63,223 nucleotides of DNA, filler included, from Reticulomyxa filosa (GCA_000512085.1; 22 parts of 22 records of this genome joined end to end with filler, not necessarily neighbours in it); one strand, 5' to 3'; positions 27,011-40,097 are shown, counted from the whole stretch's first letter. The notes: generated by a model from the sequence alone, not told the origin. A program made the numbers and translations.

Positions 27011-28099
27011 GGCGAAGGTGTTGTTGTTGTTGTTGCAGTTGGTACTGGTGTTGATGCAGTGGCTGTAATGCTGGTATTGGCAAAAGGGGGCACAGGGGTA
27101 TGCACTAGTTGAACGCACGCACCACCGGAGTTGTGATTCGTATGATGATACACCGACGGATGATGGTGGGCCACGACATTGGCGGTGCACCTTTCGCTCT
27201 TGTCACCAGACACTGCAACTTGATGATCGATGGATGAATCTTCTCTTTTATGCTCTTGCATGTCGTGCCTGGAATAGGTTGAATGTCTCGTGCTTCGCTG
27301 CTTCTTCGCGCCCGAATCGCCGTGTCCGTCGTTGCCGCTGTTACTGTCACTATTGTCCAGTTCCATCGATTCCAACGAATCAAACGAAGTGGATCCCGAT
27401 ATGTTCAAATTGCCATTGGCGTTCGATAGGGTCGCTGAGTTGACCGCTTCGAGTGCCGTGCTCAGTGTATTGCCTTGCTCGTTATGCGGGTACGGCGCTG
27501 TGCCATCTGTGTTTTGCGTTCGCCACGATTTCAAACGAGCCCACCTTTCTTGTTGCGTCGTCTCATCAGGAAGTGTTGTTGACAACAAAGGCGACTCTGC
27601 AAGACTTGGTGTCGACGACACTTTTTTTTTTTTTTTTTTTTTTTATGTATTTTTATATGCTAGCAAAAATTCTTAGTTTGGACTAGGATGCTGATGTGCT
27701 GTACTTACACAAAGGACATAATATACAATACAACACAATCGGACAAAACTGGGAATTTTGGACTTGTGCGGGGAGAGGAAAGACACCGAACGATTGTTTG
27801 CGAGCGGTTGTGTCACAAACGTTGCAATAAGCTCATTCATTTGCAAAAGTGTTTGTCCCGCATCGATTTGATCGTTCGACCGTCTCTTATGTCTACCTGT
27901 TCGTTCGCTCTTTTCTTTTTGTTTATTTTTGTTTTTATTTTTGTCTTTGTCTCTATCTCTATCTTTTTCTCTTCCTCTCTCTTTGTGTTTTTCGCTTCGA
28001 TATTTGTTCTTACTTTTGCTGTTATTGTTATGACTGTGATTATGGTTATTGTCATTGTTGATACTATTGCCATTGTCATTGTTATTATTATTGTTATTA

Positions 28100-28154
<55 letters not shown>

Positions 28155-29330
28155 CGTTATTGTTATTGTTATTATTATTAGTTGTTGTTTTAATGTCATT
28201 CTCTGCTTTATTTCTTTTATTGTCATGTTTGGATTTTCTTTTGTCATGTTTTGACAGATTGTCTTTCGTTGATCTTGATTCAGATTTGGATCTCGAAGCT
28301 GAATTGAGATTAGAGTTGGAGTTAGAATTAGAATTTGAGTTTGAGTCTGGATTTGGGGTCGATTTATGTTTGTGTCTTGTTTTATGACCTGCGCTTCCTT
28401 TGTAATCCAAATCCTGTTCATCGTCATCGCTGTTACCGTCACTGTCGTCACTATCCTCTTCTCCTTCTTCCCTTTCTTCGTCGGAGGGCCCCCACTTGGA
28501 TGTCGATCTGCCGTTGAGTCGACGTCGTTTGCTCGGGTGATCAAGCGACGAGGTGGAACCACAGTCATCTGTTGTCGTCAACGGTGATCCTTGATTCTTG
28601 CCGTCTCTCTCTCTGTTTTTTTTATCCGGTCGCGATCGCGGTCGCGGTCATGCTCATGGTCATGGTCATGGCCACGATCACGATCACGGGTACGCTCATG
28701 GCCATGATCGTGATTATGATCATGATCACTATCATTATCACTGTCACTGCTACTGTCATTGTGACCACCATTATCTCGATGCCGATCCCGTTCTCTGTCT
28801 CTGTCTTTATCTCTATTTCTATCTCTGCCTCTATCCCTGTCTCTGTCTTTGTTTCGATTTCGACTTTGACTACGATCCCGATCTCGATCTCGATCTCGAG
28901 CTCGGTCATAGTCGTAATCATGATGGTGGTCGTGACTACGGTCATGGTGACTATGTTTGCTTTCTTTGTGTTTTTTGTTGCCATCTTTGTAAAGTCGTTC
29001 CTCATCACTCGTTGAAGACTCTTCACTTATGTGACTTTCCATATATTCTCTACGGCTTCGTTTTCGTGTGTCCTTTTTGTTCCAATGCTTGCCATGCTTG
29101 TTTGTGTCACTGTTTTTACTTTTTTTTTTTTTTTATTATTATTATTTTTGTGTTGTTAGTTTATTATTACTATTTTTTTTTTTTTACAATTTAAACAAAA
29201 AAAAAAAAAAAAACTTGTTAGTCAACTCAGATTCAAAAATCTCTCGTTTTTTGTGCCGGTGTTTCTTTTGAGAGGTTTTTTTGTTCGCTGTTGGTTCCGT
29301 CACTTTGTTGTCAGTTGGACAATGCGTCAT
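26187..29330 (-). CDS. Large low-complexity protein (RD/DH repeats, poly-N, poly-Q), 3' truncated
   Basis: MTHCPTDNK... start; introns 29110-29214 and 27621-27749; ORFs 28578-29042, 27673-28581, 26590-27621 and 26139-27083 separated by frame breaks at about 28620 and 27085. Confidence 0.7.
28080..28180. repeat. (ATT/GTT)n coding microsatellite encoding poly-Asn on the minus strand
   Basis: About 30 consecutive att/gtt triplets. Confidence 0.9.
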
Positions 29331-30006
29331 TTGTATTATAATATATTTTTATTTATTTATTTATTTTGAAGTTAGTGTATCGGATGCTCCTATTTCATAA
29401 ATAACACAAAACAATACTTCCATTTTTTATCGCTTGTTGTTTGCGAAGTGACGTCAAACCAACACCTGAGATAAATAGCATAACATGTTTGATGACTTAC
29501 CAAGTGACAATAATTTGAAAATCTGCTCTCCAACAACTTGTTCAATGATTCTTAAACAAGGCAATGAAAGATTGATTTTTTTAAAAAAATTCTAGCTTCA
29601 AAAACTTTTAAAAAAGCTCACTGCAACAAAGCAGAAACGATTCCTTTAAAAAGTACAACTACTTTCTCTTTTTTGAAAATTGTAAAAAGAAATGTGGGGT
29701 ATTCAAACTCTGCAAACTTTACGACTTTGAATAATTCAAGAATTCCTTGTAGCTGTGAAAACCCAAAATACATTATTTGAATGAATTTAAAAAATAAACA
29801 ATTTTGACACAATAAAATGTCAACCAAAAAGACTAACAATAAGAAAAGATCACGTACATGCTACTTCGTGTATTATTCTCCACAAAAATTGCACTAAGGT
29901 GGATGTTAAACACGTTGCGTAACGTTCAAATAAAAACACTAGATGTAAAACCCTCATTTCAAGAACTAATAAATATTTCGTTTCTGCATAGTCTCCATCC
30001 ATATAA

Positions 30007-30400
30007 ATGGGTAACGAAGGAAGCGCAAATACCGAGCCAGACTATCTGTCCGCTGAGAATGCCGAAAACGGTCCAGGAACACCTACGTCAGGCGGTTCAG
30101 TCGATAAGATGATGACATTTGGCCCTCAGGGGACACAAGTATACACATTTTGGAAAGAAAATGTGTCAGCATTGGATCAGTCTCATCTTAAAGTTACTCC
30201 AAAAACGGGGAGGGGTATCAATCTCCAAGCACAGTGAAACTGAGAATACTTGAAATAGTGATAATAAAATGAATGAACAAATAAATGACTAGGTTCTCGG
30301 ATTGCTTTTATTTTCAGGATTATTCAAAAAATCCAAAGACGCTCGAGACCTTTTTACTAGCACTGACATTCAAAGGCAGAGTTTGCGTTTGCTTGATATG
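30007..30400 (+). CDS. Globin-domain protein with predicted N-myristoylation site (3' truncated)
   Basis: MGNEGS (MGxxxS); intron 30193-30292 gives FWKENV..LK|VLGLLLFSGLFKKSKDARDLFTSTDIQRQSLRLLDM, matching globin helices A-E (W, G...F..LF, LF at CD1, Q at E7). Confidence 0.7.
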
Positions 30401-30637
30401 GTTAATGACATTGTGAAAACAAAAAAAAAAAAAAGTGAGCAAAAAAAAAAAAAAAAAAAGTAAAAAAAAAAAAAAAAGTTTGAATGGCTATTGAAAACCG
30501 TGAGCACAAGTGGTAACAAAGTGTGCTTGCACACACTNNNNNNNNNNNNNNNNNNNNNNNNNNNNNNNNNNNNNNNNNNNNTTAATTAATTAANNNNNNN
30601 NNNNNNNNNNNNNNNNNNNNNNNNNNNNNNNNNNNNN

Positions 30638-31830
30638 GAAGAACGTGGACAAGCGAAAGTACCAACGATAGAAGCGCTTGCAAAAGGTCATTCGATCATG
30701 AGTGACGAAGACACTGTGGGCTCGAGCAAGAATTCAACTGCTGGCAGTGACGGCCACAGTGCTAGTCATCGCGACGTAAAGGGCTCCACTTCCACTGGTC
30801 GCTCCAGCGACGCCCAATACGAAATGGAATACGACAAAATGTCCCAACTCATGAAGCAAACGGTTAATGCTGAAAAGCCTGCCGTCATTGACTGGAAGCC
30901 TTTGACCAAATGGATTCGATTGTTAATAATTGGACAACAACATTACATACATATACATATAATGCATATATATATATATATATGTATATGTATATGTATA
31001 TGTATATAAGTATATATATATGTATATATATGTATATATATTCAATTATTAATAGGATATTGATGAATGGTGAGACACACGCCCACAAAACGATAGTGAC
31101 GATAGTGTCGATTCCAAAGCGCACTATGCGTTTGCTCCCATGGAACGTCGGATCGCCGGCAGTTGCCATGAGCTGTTGATAGCGTATTTGAAGTCCAGCG
31201 ATGGACAGGTCGTGACTCGACTGGTCAAACTGGCCAGAGACCCCAGCGAAAATAACGAATACCATTTTGAAGTGGAACGAAAAGTGGCTCAATATTTGGC
31301 CAAGATTGCACACTGTGTCAACCATATCTTCCATTCTCGCAACGACGTTTGCATATGGCCTGTCGAAACCATTTACTTTGAACACGATGGGGTCTCAAAG
31401 TGGGCCACCGTCCAACCCACGTTCCTTCCAAGTGACCATTGTCTCTTTGTCAAAATCGAACCCAACAGCGGGCGTCCGTGTGTCAATGATCCCGTCGTTG
31501 GACGCTATCAACACTGCTTTGCTGCCATCACCAAAGGCTTGAATTTGATTCGAGATTGGCAGGGATATGGGGTCAAACATGCCACCTTCTTGCAACAGTG
31601 CCAGTTCCATTGCGTGCCTGAAGCACGTGCGCAAGTCCGCAGACGCGACAATTTTGACTCTGCTTTTGTGTTGGTCGTCATCGACCCTGTGTTGACCACA
31701 TGTCATTCACACTACGAAACTGATAATCCCACCGACTTTGGTGTCAAAGCTTTGGATGAATGGATAGAAACACATAACTGTACTCGTTGTCAATGCTCTT
31801 ATTTTGTTAGAAACAAACTCTTTATTTATT

Positions 31831-31865
<35 letters not shown>

Positions 31866-32112
31866 GAATATATATTTATATGTTTTTTGTTCATTTGCTC
31901 AGAATTTGCTGCCGGAGATACGATTTGGCTTTGCTGACCCTACACAACCCTTCTTTGATGACAAATTGTCCCCCATTGCTTTAAAGCACATCGAGCAATG
32001 TAGAAGAGAACTGAACATCTGGTGTGGTGATGAAGATTTTGCTATACCTGATGTTCCTTCCGGATCGATCAACTTCAAACTCGACGAAAGTGACAAAAAA
32101 ACTGAAAGCTGA
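30638..32112 (+). CDS. Divergent alpha-kinase (MHCK/eEF2K family), 5' truncated
   Basis: YQHCFAAITKGLNLIRDWQG (cf. FSHFT..S.G.LLVVDLQG), VIDPVL (cf. LTDPQI), TDFGVKALDEWIETHNCTRCQC zinc site; introns from 30922 and at 31806-31902. Confidence 0.85.
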
Positions 32113-35100
32113 AGAATTCATTCCTTTCAACTCATTTTTTTTTTTTTTTTTTNNNNNNNNNNNNNNNNNNNNNNNNNNNNNNNNNNNNNNNNNNNNTTAA
32201 TTAATTAANNNNNNNNNNNNNNNNNNNNNNNNNNNNNNNNNNNNNNNNNNNNTTTTTTTCATCTTCTTGATTTCTCCCTCCAACATCATCCCTTTTCATA
32301 CACTGATTTTCAATTGATTGGAAACTCTATCATGTCACTGATTCTTCTTCGAAACGCGCTGTTCTCTCTTCGTGGGCTCTCTTGTCTGTCTCTGGCAAAG
32401 CTACAATCGCGCGTAATTTCTCCAAGATATGCATTTCTAGGACAGTAGCATGTGTTGTGACATTGCAATGCGTGAAATGTACAAATGATCATTTGATTTA
32501 CATCAAAGAGAAATGACGAATTGAAGTTACAATTCGACAATGAAAGATAAGAAGGTTTAGCATAGTGTTCGAACATGCAAGACTTGAGATATTGAAATGT
32601 GTGAAATGTCATCAGACAAAAAAGAGACTATCATAAAATATGCATTTCACTGTAATATATTGATATTTTAAATGATATTGGCTGGATTAAGCAATTACAG
32701 TACGTTAAGCAGTTTACACATTCAGAATGTGGTTGGACATACACTGTCCCCTTTTTTTTTTTACAATCACTTGAAAATTTTTTTTTTAGAAATTGTTTCT
32801 TTTTATTATTCACACGTTCAAAGAAAAACCTTCTTCCCTTTTGTTATGCATATAGTACATATGATTATTAAATACGTTGTGCATGCAAATTATATGCAAA
32901 TGCTCGATATGCTTTTAGCATATACTATAAGATCCAGTTGCGAAAGTATTGTAAGTATATATATATATATATATATGTATATACATTTGTGTTTCATTGA
33001 TTTGAGTAAATTTTTTCAAAAATACGATGTGGAAACATTGAATGGGAAACAGCAAGTTGAACGAATTCAATCATCAACGTATGCGTATGTTTGGTTCACA
33101 TATTTGGCATAACTGAATCCTGGAAAAAGATGACATGTAATTTTTGGAGTCATGACCTCACTTCAAAAAAAGAATGCCGAAGTTGACAGATGTAGTCATT
33201 ATTAATAATAATAAAAATAAAAATAAATTAAATTAATAATAATAATAATAATNNNNNNNNNNNNNNNNNNNNNNNNNNNNNNNNNNNNNNNNNNNNTTAA
33301 TTAATTAANNNNNNNNNNNNNNNNNNNNNNNNNNNNNNNNNNNNNNNNNNNNTTGTCAAAATAGAACAAAAAGATCCATGTTGATAATTACATTTAGTGA
33401 TATTCTAAATAGTAAATCTCGCAAATATTAATCTATTATCACAATGCATAACCAAATGGAGCAAAAAGAGTTTTGCATAAAATTCAAATTTTGTATTTCA
33501 AATATTACTTTAACGGCAAAACTCCTATCGCAATAAATAAATTACTACTTCTGAACAAAAAAGTTTAAAATGTGTTATGTTGTGTTCATTTTTGGACATG
33601 GTATGTATTTAAATGCACTTTATGTCAAATTAAAGAATGTTATTGTAATTATAAACAACATATTCCATTAAAATTTTACATTGATTGAAAATATATTTTA
33701 TATTTTGATATATCAAAGAGAAATGACAAATAACATTTCGATTTTGACCAAAAGAAATAACATATACCATAATTATTTTATATGCAATACACTTTTTATT
33801 TTAAGAAAATTTCTAAAAAAAGTGTTAAATTATTCTTTTTGACTTGGAGACCGATGAGTTTGATTTTTTTTAATGAATATGTAATTTATTAATGGTATAT
33901 AATTTTTTTTATTAAAAAAGCAAAAAATAAAATAATCAAAAAATTTGAAAAAACAATTAATTTCTCTCTTGCATAAATCAAAGAGGAAAAATTCTCAATT
34001 ATGATTGCAGTTTTGTCACTTTTAACCGCTTCGCGAATTCGCAATTCTAAAAAAATATTTTGATTTAGGTCGTTCGTTAGGTGTCCCTTTTTTCATTTTT
34101 TTTCTTGTTGTTTTGTGTTCATTTAAACAAACAAACGAACATATTCAATAAACTCTCGGAAAAAAGGCAAAAATTACAACGATTCAGATTGAAATATGTG
34201 TTTGACGTTTATCATTGACAACGTCTTGATTATTGTGTCAGTCTTTCTAAAATCTGATGAGTCACATTTCAAAACGTCTTTTTTTGTGTCACACTATTAT
34301 TGGCTTTGAGTATCTCATCTAATTCCTTTAGAATACTTTCCAGGCCAAAAAAGAGAATGTTACTTCATAAAGATTTTTTTCTGAAAAAGGACTTGCTAGA
34401 ACACTTTTTGTTCTTGGTAAAAACTCCAAACTATGCATGCAACCATTTTTATTCATTTTTTTTATTTGATTGCTAGGCAATAATTAATTCAGCAAAAATC
34501 TAGCATAAAGTAAGTTACATTTGTGAAGATTCTTTTTTATTATTATTATTTATTTGTTCAAATCTCTTGAAGGATTTTTTTCTAAATCTAAACAAAAATT
34601 CGTTTTAAAAAAAAAANNNNNNNNNNNNNNNNNNNNNNNNNNNNNNNNNNNNNNNNNNNNTTAATTAATTAANNNNNNNNNNNNNNNNNNNNNNNNNNNN
34701 NNNNNNNNNNNNNNNNTTTTTCCCCAGTCGTTTGGAGTTTCAAAGTGCTGATTTGGAACAATTTGGATCAACGTCACGTTTGAATGAACTCCAAGTAATG
34801 CAACTCCTACCATTGCATCTTGAAATCACACCCTTTTGCACAAAGTGCGTCAGAAGAGTTTCAAGACTTTGTGTTTACTTGCCAAAGAATTGCTAGCGTT
34901 TTATTCTTGGTACACAGACTCCGTCTACCAACTCAATTAAGCATGTCATCAAAAACTTGGTGTGTTTTTGATCTGAACCATATCATGCTCAAATCTTTTG
35001 TTGCGTTGATTTTTGCCCTCAAATACTCAATCAAATTCAATTTGTGGGAAACAAAAAAAAAGGGGTGGTTTCGTAGTAATTGCTGTTATTTGATTGTTGA

Positions 35101-35934
35101 ACTTTTTTTTCTAAATAAAACTTTTCAAAAAAAAAAAAAAAGATCAAATAAAAGATGTTGCAAAAAAAATTTGAAGTTTAAAAAAATTGAATCAACAATA
35201 AATCCGACCAAAAAAAAAGTGTGTCACAATTACCTTGCTCAAATCAAAGTAATTTTGTTTAGTTTTTTGGATTTAACAATTTGTTTGATGATTATACAAA
35301 AAACATGACATCGTAATTATTTTGTCGGGACATTTCTGACCAATTTCACCAAGAGATGATGATTCAAAAGATAAAAGTAAACAAACATTTGTTGTTATGA
35401 TTACAATCCTCCTCCCCATTTGGCTTTTTTTTAATATCTTTTTTGGCACTTATACAGTACATGTCTCTAGTATGAAGCTTAGCGGCTCAATGTAAGTTTG
35501 TGAGGAGTGTTACAAGAAGATAGAAGAATTTGTGGAGAATGTTGCAACATCAAACCTTTATCTTTGCCAAGCATTTTGTAAACAGTTTTCCAAGCTAGAT
35601 GTTGTGTGGTTGTGGAATGCATTCAAATGAACTGCTGCGTAAATTGAGAAGCGACTTATAGAGGCCTTTTCTCACCATTTTGTTAGTTTGTACTCATTTT
35701 GGAAGAAATGGCCTTCATTTTTGATGGTGTCGTCAAAGCCAAATGTTGCTGGGTCTCTTGGCTTGTTTCTTCTTGTGGTAGTGCACGTTTCAATGGGGAA
35801 AAGGGAGGATATTGAACTTTTATTTGCTTAAAANNNNNNNNNNNNNNNNNNNNNNNNNNNNNNNNNNNNNNNNNNNNTTAATTAATTAANNNNNNNNNNN
35901 NNNNNNNNNNNNNNNNNNNNNNNNNNNNNNNNNT

Positions 35935-35971
<37 letters not shown>

Positions 35972-35972
35972 G

Positions 35973-37440
35973 CGGCGGGCCATATAAGTCGAATGCCCCT
36001 TCGAATATATTGGACCTAAATCGTGTTGGCTCGAATGTGTCGGCAGTATCCAATTCAACTGATTCTGATGGCAATTATTTGAGCAGTTTGGGGGATGCTT
36101 GTGGGATGATGGATTTGAATAAGTTAGAGCTAAACGAGCAAATGGACAATTCCAAAATGTTAAGTATGAATCGTTTGCCGAATGTGGCATACGACCAATC
36201 CACTATTGGAATGAAGCTGTCATTCAATAAGCCTGAAACAGGAAATGCAAACTCAATTCAAAATATGGAAATCGATGAAACGATGGCTCCCAATGGCGAC
36301 GATGGAATAGTAGAAGTGCAAGAGTTGTCCAAATATGGGTCAGTCTCTTCGTCTTCCTCCGCCGCAGCAGCCGCAGAGGTCATTGCAAGCGTGACAACAC
36401 CAACACCACCATTCTTGTCATCGTCGTTATTGTTATTGAATGAAAACAAAGAAGCAGAGACAAAAGATCAAAGCAACAGTAGCACTTTATCCCACAGCAC
36501 AAATAAGTCGTCGCAAAGTAGAGCTCACAAAAGCAATCCCCAATCATCGACTTTGGATATTGATCCGAATCGCATTGTTTGGGTAGATGACAAAGATTCT
36601 CTCGAAAAAGCAAAAGTCTGATCATGCATTTGTCTTTCTTTGTACGTTTTTTTTTTTTTTTGTTCTATATGACGACGACAGCTCACAAAAATAAAAATCA
36701 CATATAGTCAATACTGCGTTCCGAGTCGGTGACAATGTACGGCCTAGATGCAGAAATGGTGTCGATGAACTTGAAACTGCCTAACAAACCTTTGGACTGC
36801 CAAATACTTCAAATCTGTACTGCCGATGTCTCTTGTATATTTGATTTGCAAGTCATGTTTGTAAACCAAAGTTTACAAAACGAATTCGACAAGTTGTTGT
36901 GTTATATATTCTGTGAATCCACTGCAATTAAAATTGGTATGTCTTTTTCGGGAGATTTGAAGGCCTTAAGAAATACAAATGCCAGAATAGCTTGGCTTTT
37001 CAATCACCAATTGTTCCTTATCTGGATCTTGCTTTGTGTCTTAAGTATTTGCGAGAAAGTGATTCTATTCATAAGTTATTTTTTTTTTTTTTTTTTTTTA
37101 TTTTTAAAAAAAAAAAAAAAAATTTTTTGTATTTGTTTTCTGTTCTTAGTTTTTCCACCAAAGAGACAGAGCTCGCGTTACAAAAACACTTTCAGCAATC
37201 AAAAAAAAAGAAGGTGGGTTGGCCAAATTGGTGAGATGGATACTTCAAAAACAGCTGGACAAAAATGAACAATTGAGTAACTGGAGCTTGCGACCACTTC
37301 GCGTCACACAACTGAAATATGCTGCTTTGGATGTCCTTTGTGAATGTTGGATTTATCAACAGTTACATACGTGGTCAAAACTTCAGACTTTTCCCGAAAT
37401 TGACGGTTTTTTGGATGAGTTGTATTGCGGGGACTACTAA
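35973..37440 (+). CDS. DEDDy 3'-5' exonuclease, Mut-7/EXD3/Nibbler-like (5' truncated)
   Basis: ExoI GLDAE, ILQI, KIGMSFSGDL (ExoII), YLDL, GGLAKLV...LDKNEQLSNWSLRPL..QLKYAALD (ExoIII); introns 36616-36707 and about 37059-37149; frame break at about 36975. Confidence 0.88.
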
Positions 37441-37806
37441 AAATCTAATGCATTTTTTTTCTCATCCCAATACTCTTTTATTATTCTTTTTGCTTCCTGT
37501 CTTTTTTTTGGCAACAACAAAAAATTTGCCACCCTTTCAATACTTTTTTGCTTGCGTTGGTCCTTTTTTCTCAATCAACTCCAATCATTTGGTGCGCTTC
37601 TTACATCACAAACATTCTTACAATCAAAAAATTAATTCCAGTTTTGTTTCTTTCGTTATTTCCAAACCAATTACTCATACGTATGATTTACTTTCAAAAA
37701 TATGCTGTTTGCTGCCCCTTGAAACGACGCAGGCACTACTGCTCCAGTTTGAACTTTTTAATAAAAAAAGACTTTGGTAAGATTTCCCCTATTAACTTAG
37801 GCCTAA

Positions 37807-38997
37807 ATGTCGTCGCTGACTAGGAAGCTTGGGTTTCCTTACAACTGTGATTTTTGTCGAGTAGTTGAGTGGTATTAAAAAAACGGAAAGTCAATATTAA
37901 AAACAACAGTTGAAGACAACGTTGAAAACAACAGTTGAAAACAACAACAGTTGAAAACAACAATAGTTAAAAACAACAATAGTTGAAAACAACAATTAAA
38001 AAAAAAATAGGCAATTGGTATAAGTATACATATGGAATGTGCAAAATGTGAAGATATTCATTTATGTTTAGAATGTTTAAGTAATGGAAAAGAAATTCCT
38101 CCACATAAAAAAGAGCATAAATATTATATAATAGAATATATAGAAAAAAGAATATTTAAATATAGTGATGAATGGAGTGGACATGAAGAAATGCAATTAT
38201 TAGAAGCAATAGAATTATATGGTTTAGGAAATTGGACAAAAATATCACAACATTTAGGAAATAGTAAAAATGGACAAGAATGTGAAATACATTATATAAA
38301 AGCATTTATAGGAATAGATAATATGAATATGAATATGAATATAAATATGAATAAGAATAAATATGGAGATAATTATATAGATTTAAAGAAAGAAAATATA
38401 AAAATAGAAGAAATAGAAAAAGAGAAAGAAAAAGAAAAAGAAAAAGAGAAAAGATTAAAAATAAAGAATAATGAAAATAATAATATAGATAATAATAATA
38501 AAAAAATAATAATAATAATAATAATAATAATTTTATTAATAATTCTATTATTAATAATTCTATTAATAATTCTATTAATAATTCTATTATTAATAATCCA
38601 AAATCAAAATGGAGTAAATTTGTTGGATATATGGCATTAAGAGATGAATTTGAAAATGAATCTTATAATAATGCAGAATCAATGATTTCTAATTTAAAAT
38701 TAAGTATATTTGATACAATTGCAGAACGTAATTGTAAATTAAAAATATTAGAAATGTTTAATAAAATTTTACAAATTCGAAAATTTCGTAGAGATTTTAT
38801 TTTACAAAAGAATTTATTATATTATCAAAAGACTCCAAATATAATTTCTAATTGTAATTCTAATTCTAATTCTAATTGTAATTCTAATTCTAATTCTAAT
38901 TCTAATATTATAATGAATGAAAATCAAAATAATTGGAATGATGATATTATAAATTCAATGAATTTTAATGATGATAATGATAATGATGATAATAATG

Positions 38998-39030
<33 letters not shown>

Positions 39031-39101
39031 TTGATGATAATAAGAATGATAATAAGAATGATAATAAGAATGATAATAATAATAATAATATAGATAATAA
39101 T
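37807..39101 (+). CDS. ADA2: Transcriptional adaptor ADA2 (ZZ + SANT), 3' truncated
   Basis: YNCDFCR|AIG..MECAKCEDIHLCLECLSNG...H...H.Y (ZZ), WSGHEEMQLLEAIELYGLGNW (SANT), VGYMALRDEFENE.YNNAE; intron 37861-38010; frame break in A7 run 38500-38506. Confidence 0.92.
37899..37997 (+). repeat. Intronic minisatellite AAAACAACAGTTG-like, about 7 degenerate units
   Basis: Direct reading of sequence inside ADA2 intron 1. Confidence 0.8.
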
Positions 39102-39201
39102 NNNNNNNNNNNNNNNNNNNNNNNNNNNNNNNNNNNNNNNNNNNNTTAATTAATTAANNNNNNNNNNNNNNNNNNNNNNNNNNNNNNNNNNNNNNNNNNN
39201 N

Positions 39202-39545
39202 AAAGTGTTCGTTTGTGGGATATTCGATCTGGTCAGCAAATTCAAGTTTTCAATGGACACACAAATTGGGTTTGGTCTGTTGAATATTCACCATTTGTAA
39301 CAAAGAATATTAATTGTAATTCAAATGTGATATGTTCTGGATCAGATGATAATACAATTCGTTTTTGGGATATTCGATCAAATAAGAGTCAATTGTACAT
39401 AATCAAAGGAGATGATAAAAAAGATAATGGAATTTTGTGTCTTAAATTTATTGCATTAAAAAAGAAAAATAAGACAAAGAATGTTACATATGATTTAAAT
39501 TTGTGTTATGGTTCAAGTAATGGTTTCATTCGTATTTGGGGATAA
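39202..39545 (+). CDS. WD40-repeat protein, C-terminal fragment
   Basis: RLWDIRSGQQIQVFNGH..VWSVEYSPF..CSGSDDNTIRFWDIR...IRIWG*. Confidence 0.9.
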
Positions 39546-40097
39546 TTTACTTTTTTGTCGAATAAGAAATGAAAGTATTTTTTTGGAAAGTTTGATTAAA
39601 GAAAGGTGATGATATTAAATTTGTTTGATTTGATTGAATGCAAGCATTGAAAGATTTGTTCTACCTTACTTTGTTGTTTAAAAAATTCAAAAAGCTATAC
39701 TCAATGTTTTAAAGAATTCAAAAGCATAATAAAAATAGTATCCAAATATCAAAATGAAGCAAGATATTTCAAGTATTACGTTTTTTGTATAGAGTCATTA
39801 GATTATCTTGCAGTAATTCATGATATAAATTTTTTCTGCTTTGAAGAACGCAGAATATAATTTTAAAAAAATGAAATATTGTCATTGACATTGAATTTTT
39901 TTAAAGAATACAATAATAGGTATAATAAAGGGAAAAGGGTCCCAAATTTGAAAGGCAATCAGCAAAGTAAGTACAGTTTTCTTAATCAATAAATGTAATT
40001 TGAAACAAATTAATTGATCCTTTAAAAGAGGACGAGTTCAGACTTTGATGAAATGATTTCTGAATATGTTAAGCTATTTAACAATATAATATTCAAC

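Noticed and set aside
31056-31096. In-frame TGA or frameshift in alpha-kinase exon 2
   Set aside because: An alternative TAG acceptor at about 31096 resolves it without recoding
32310-33200. 7TM/GPCR-like gene remnant
   Set aside because: Only a Cys-rich tail (QCHNTCYC) and hydrophobic fragments; no consistent exon model
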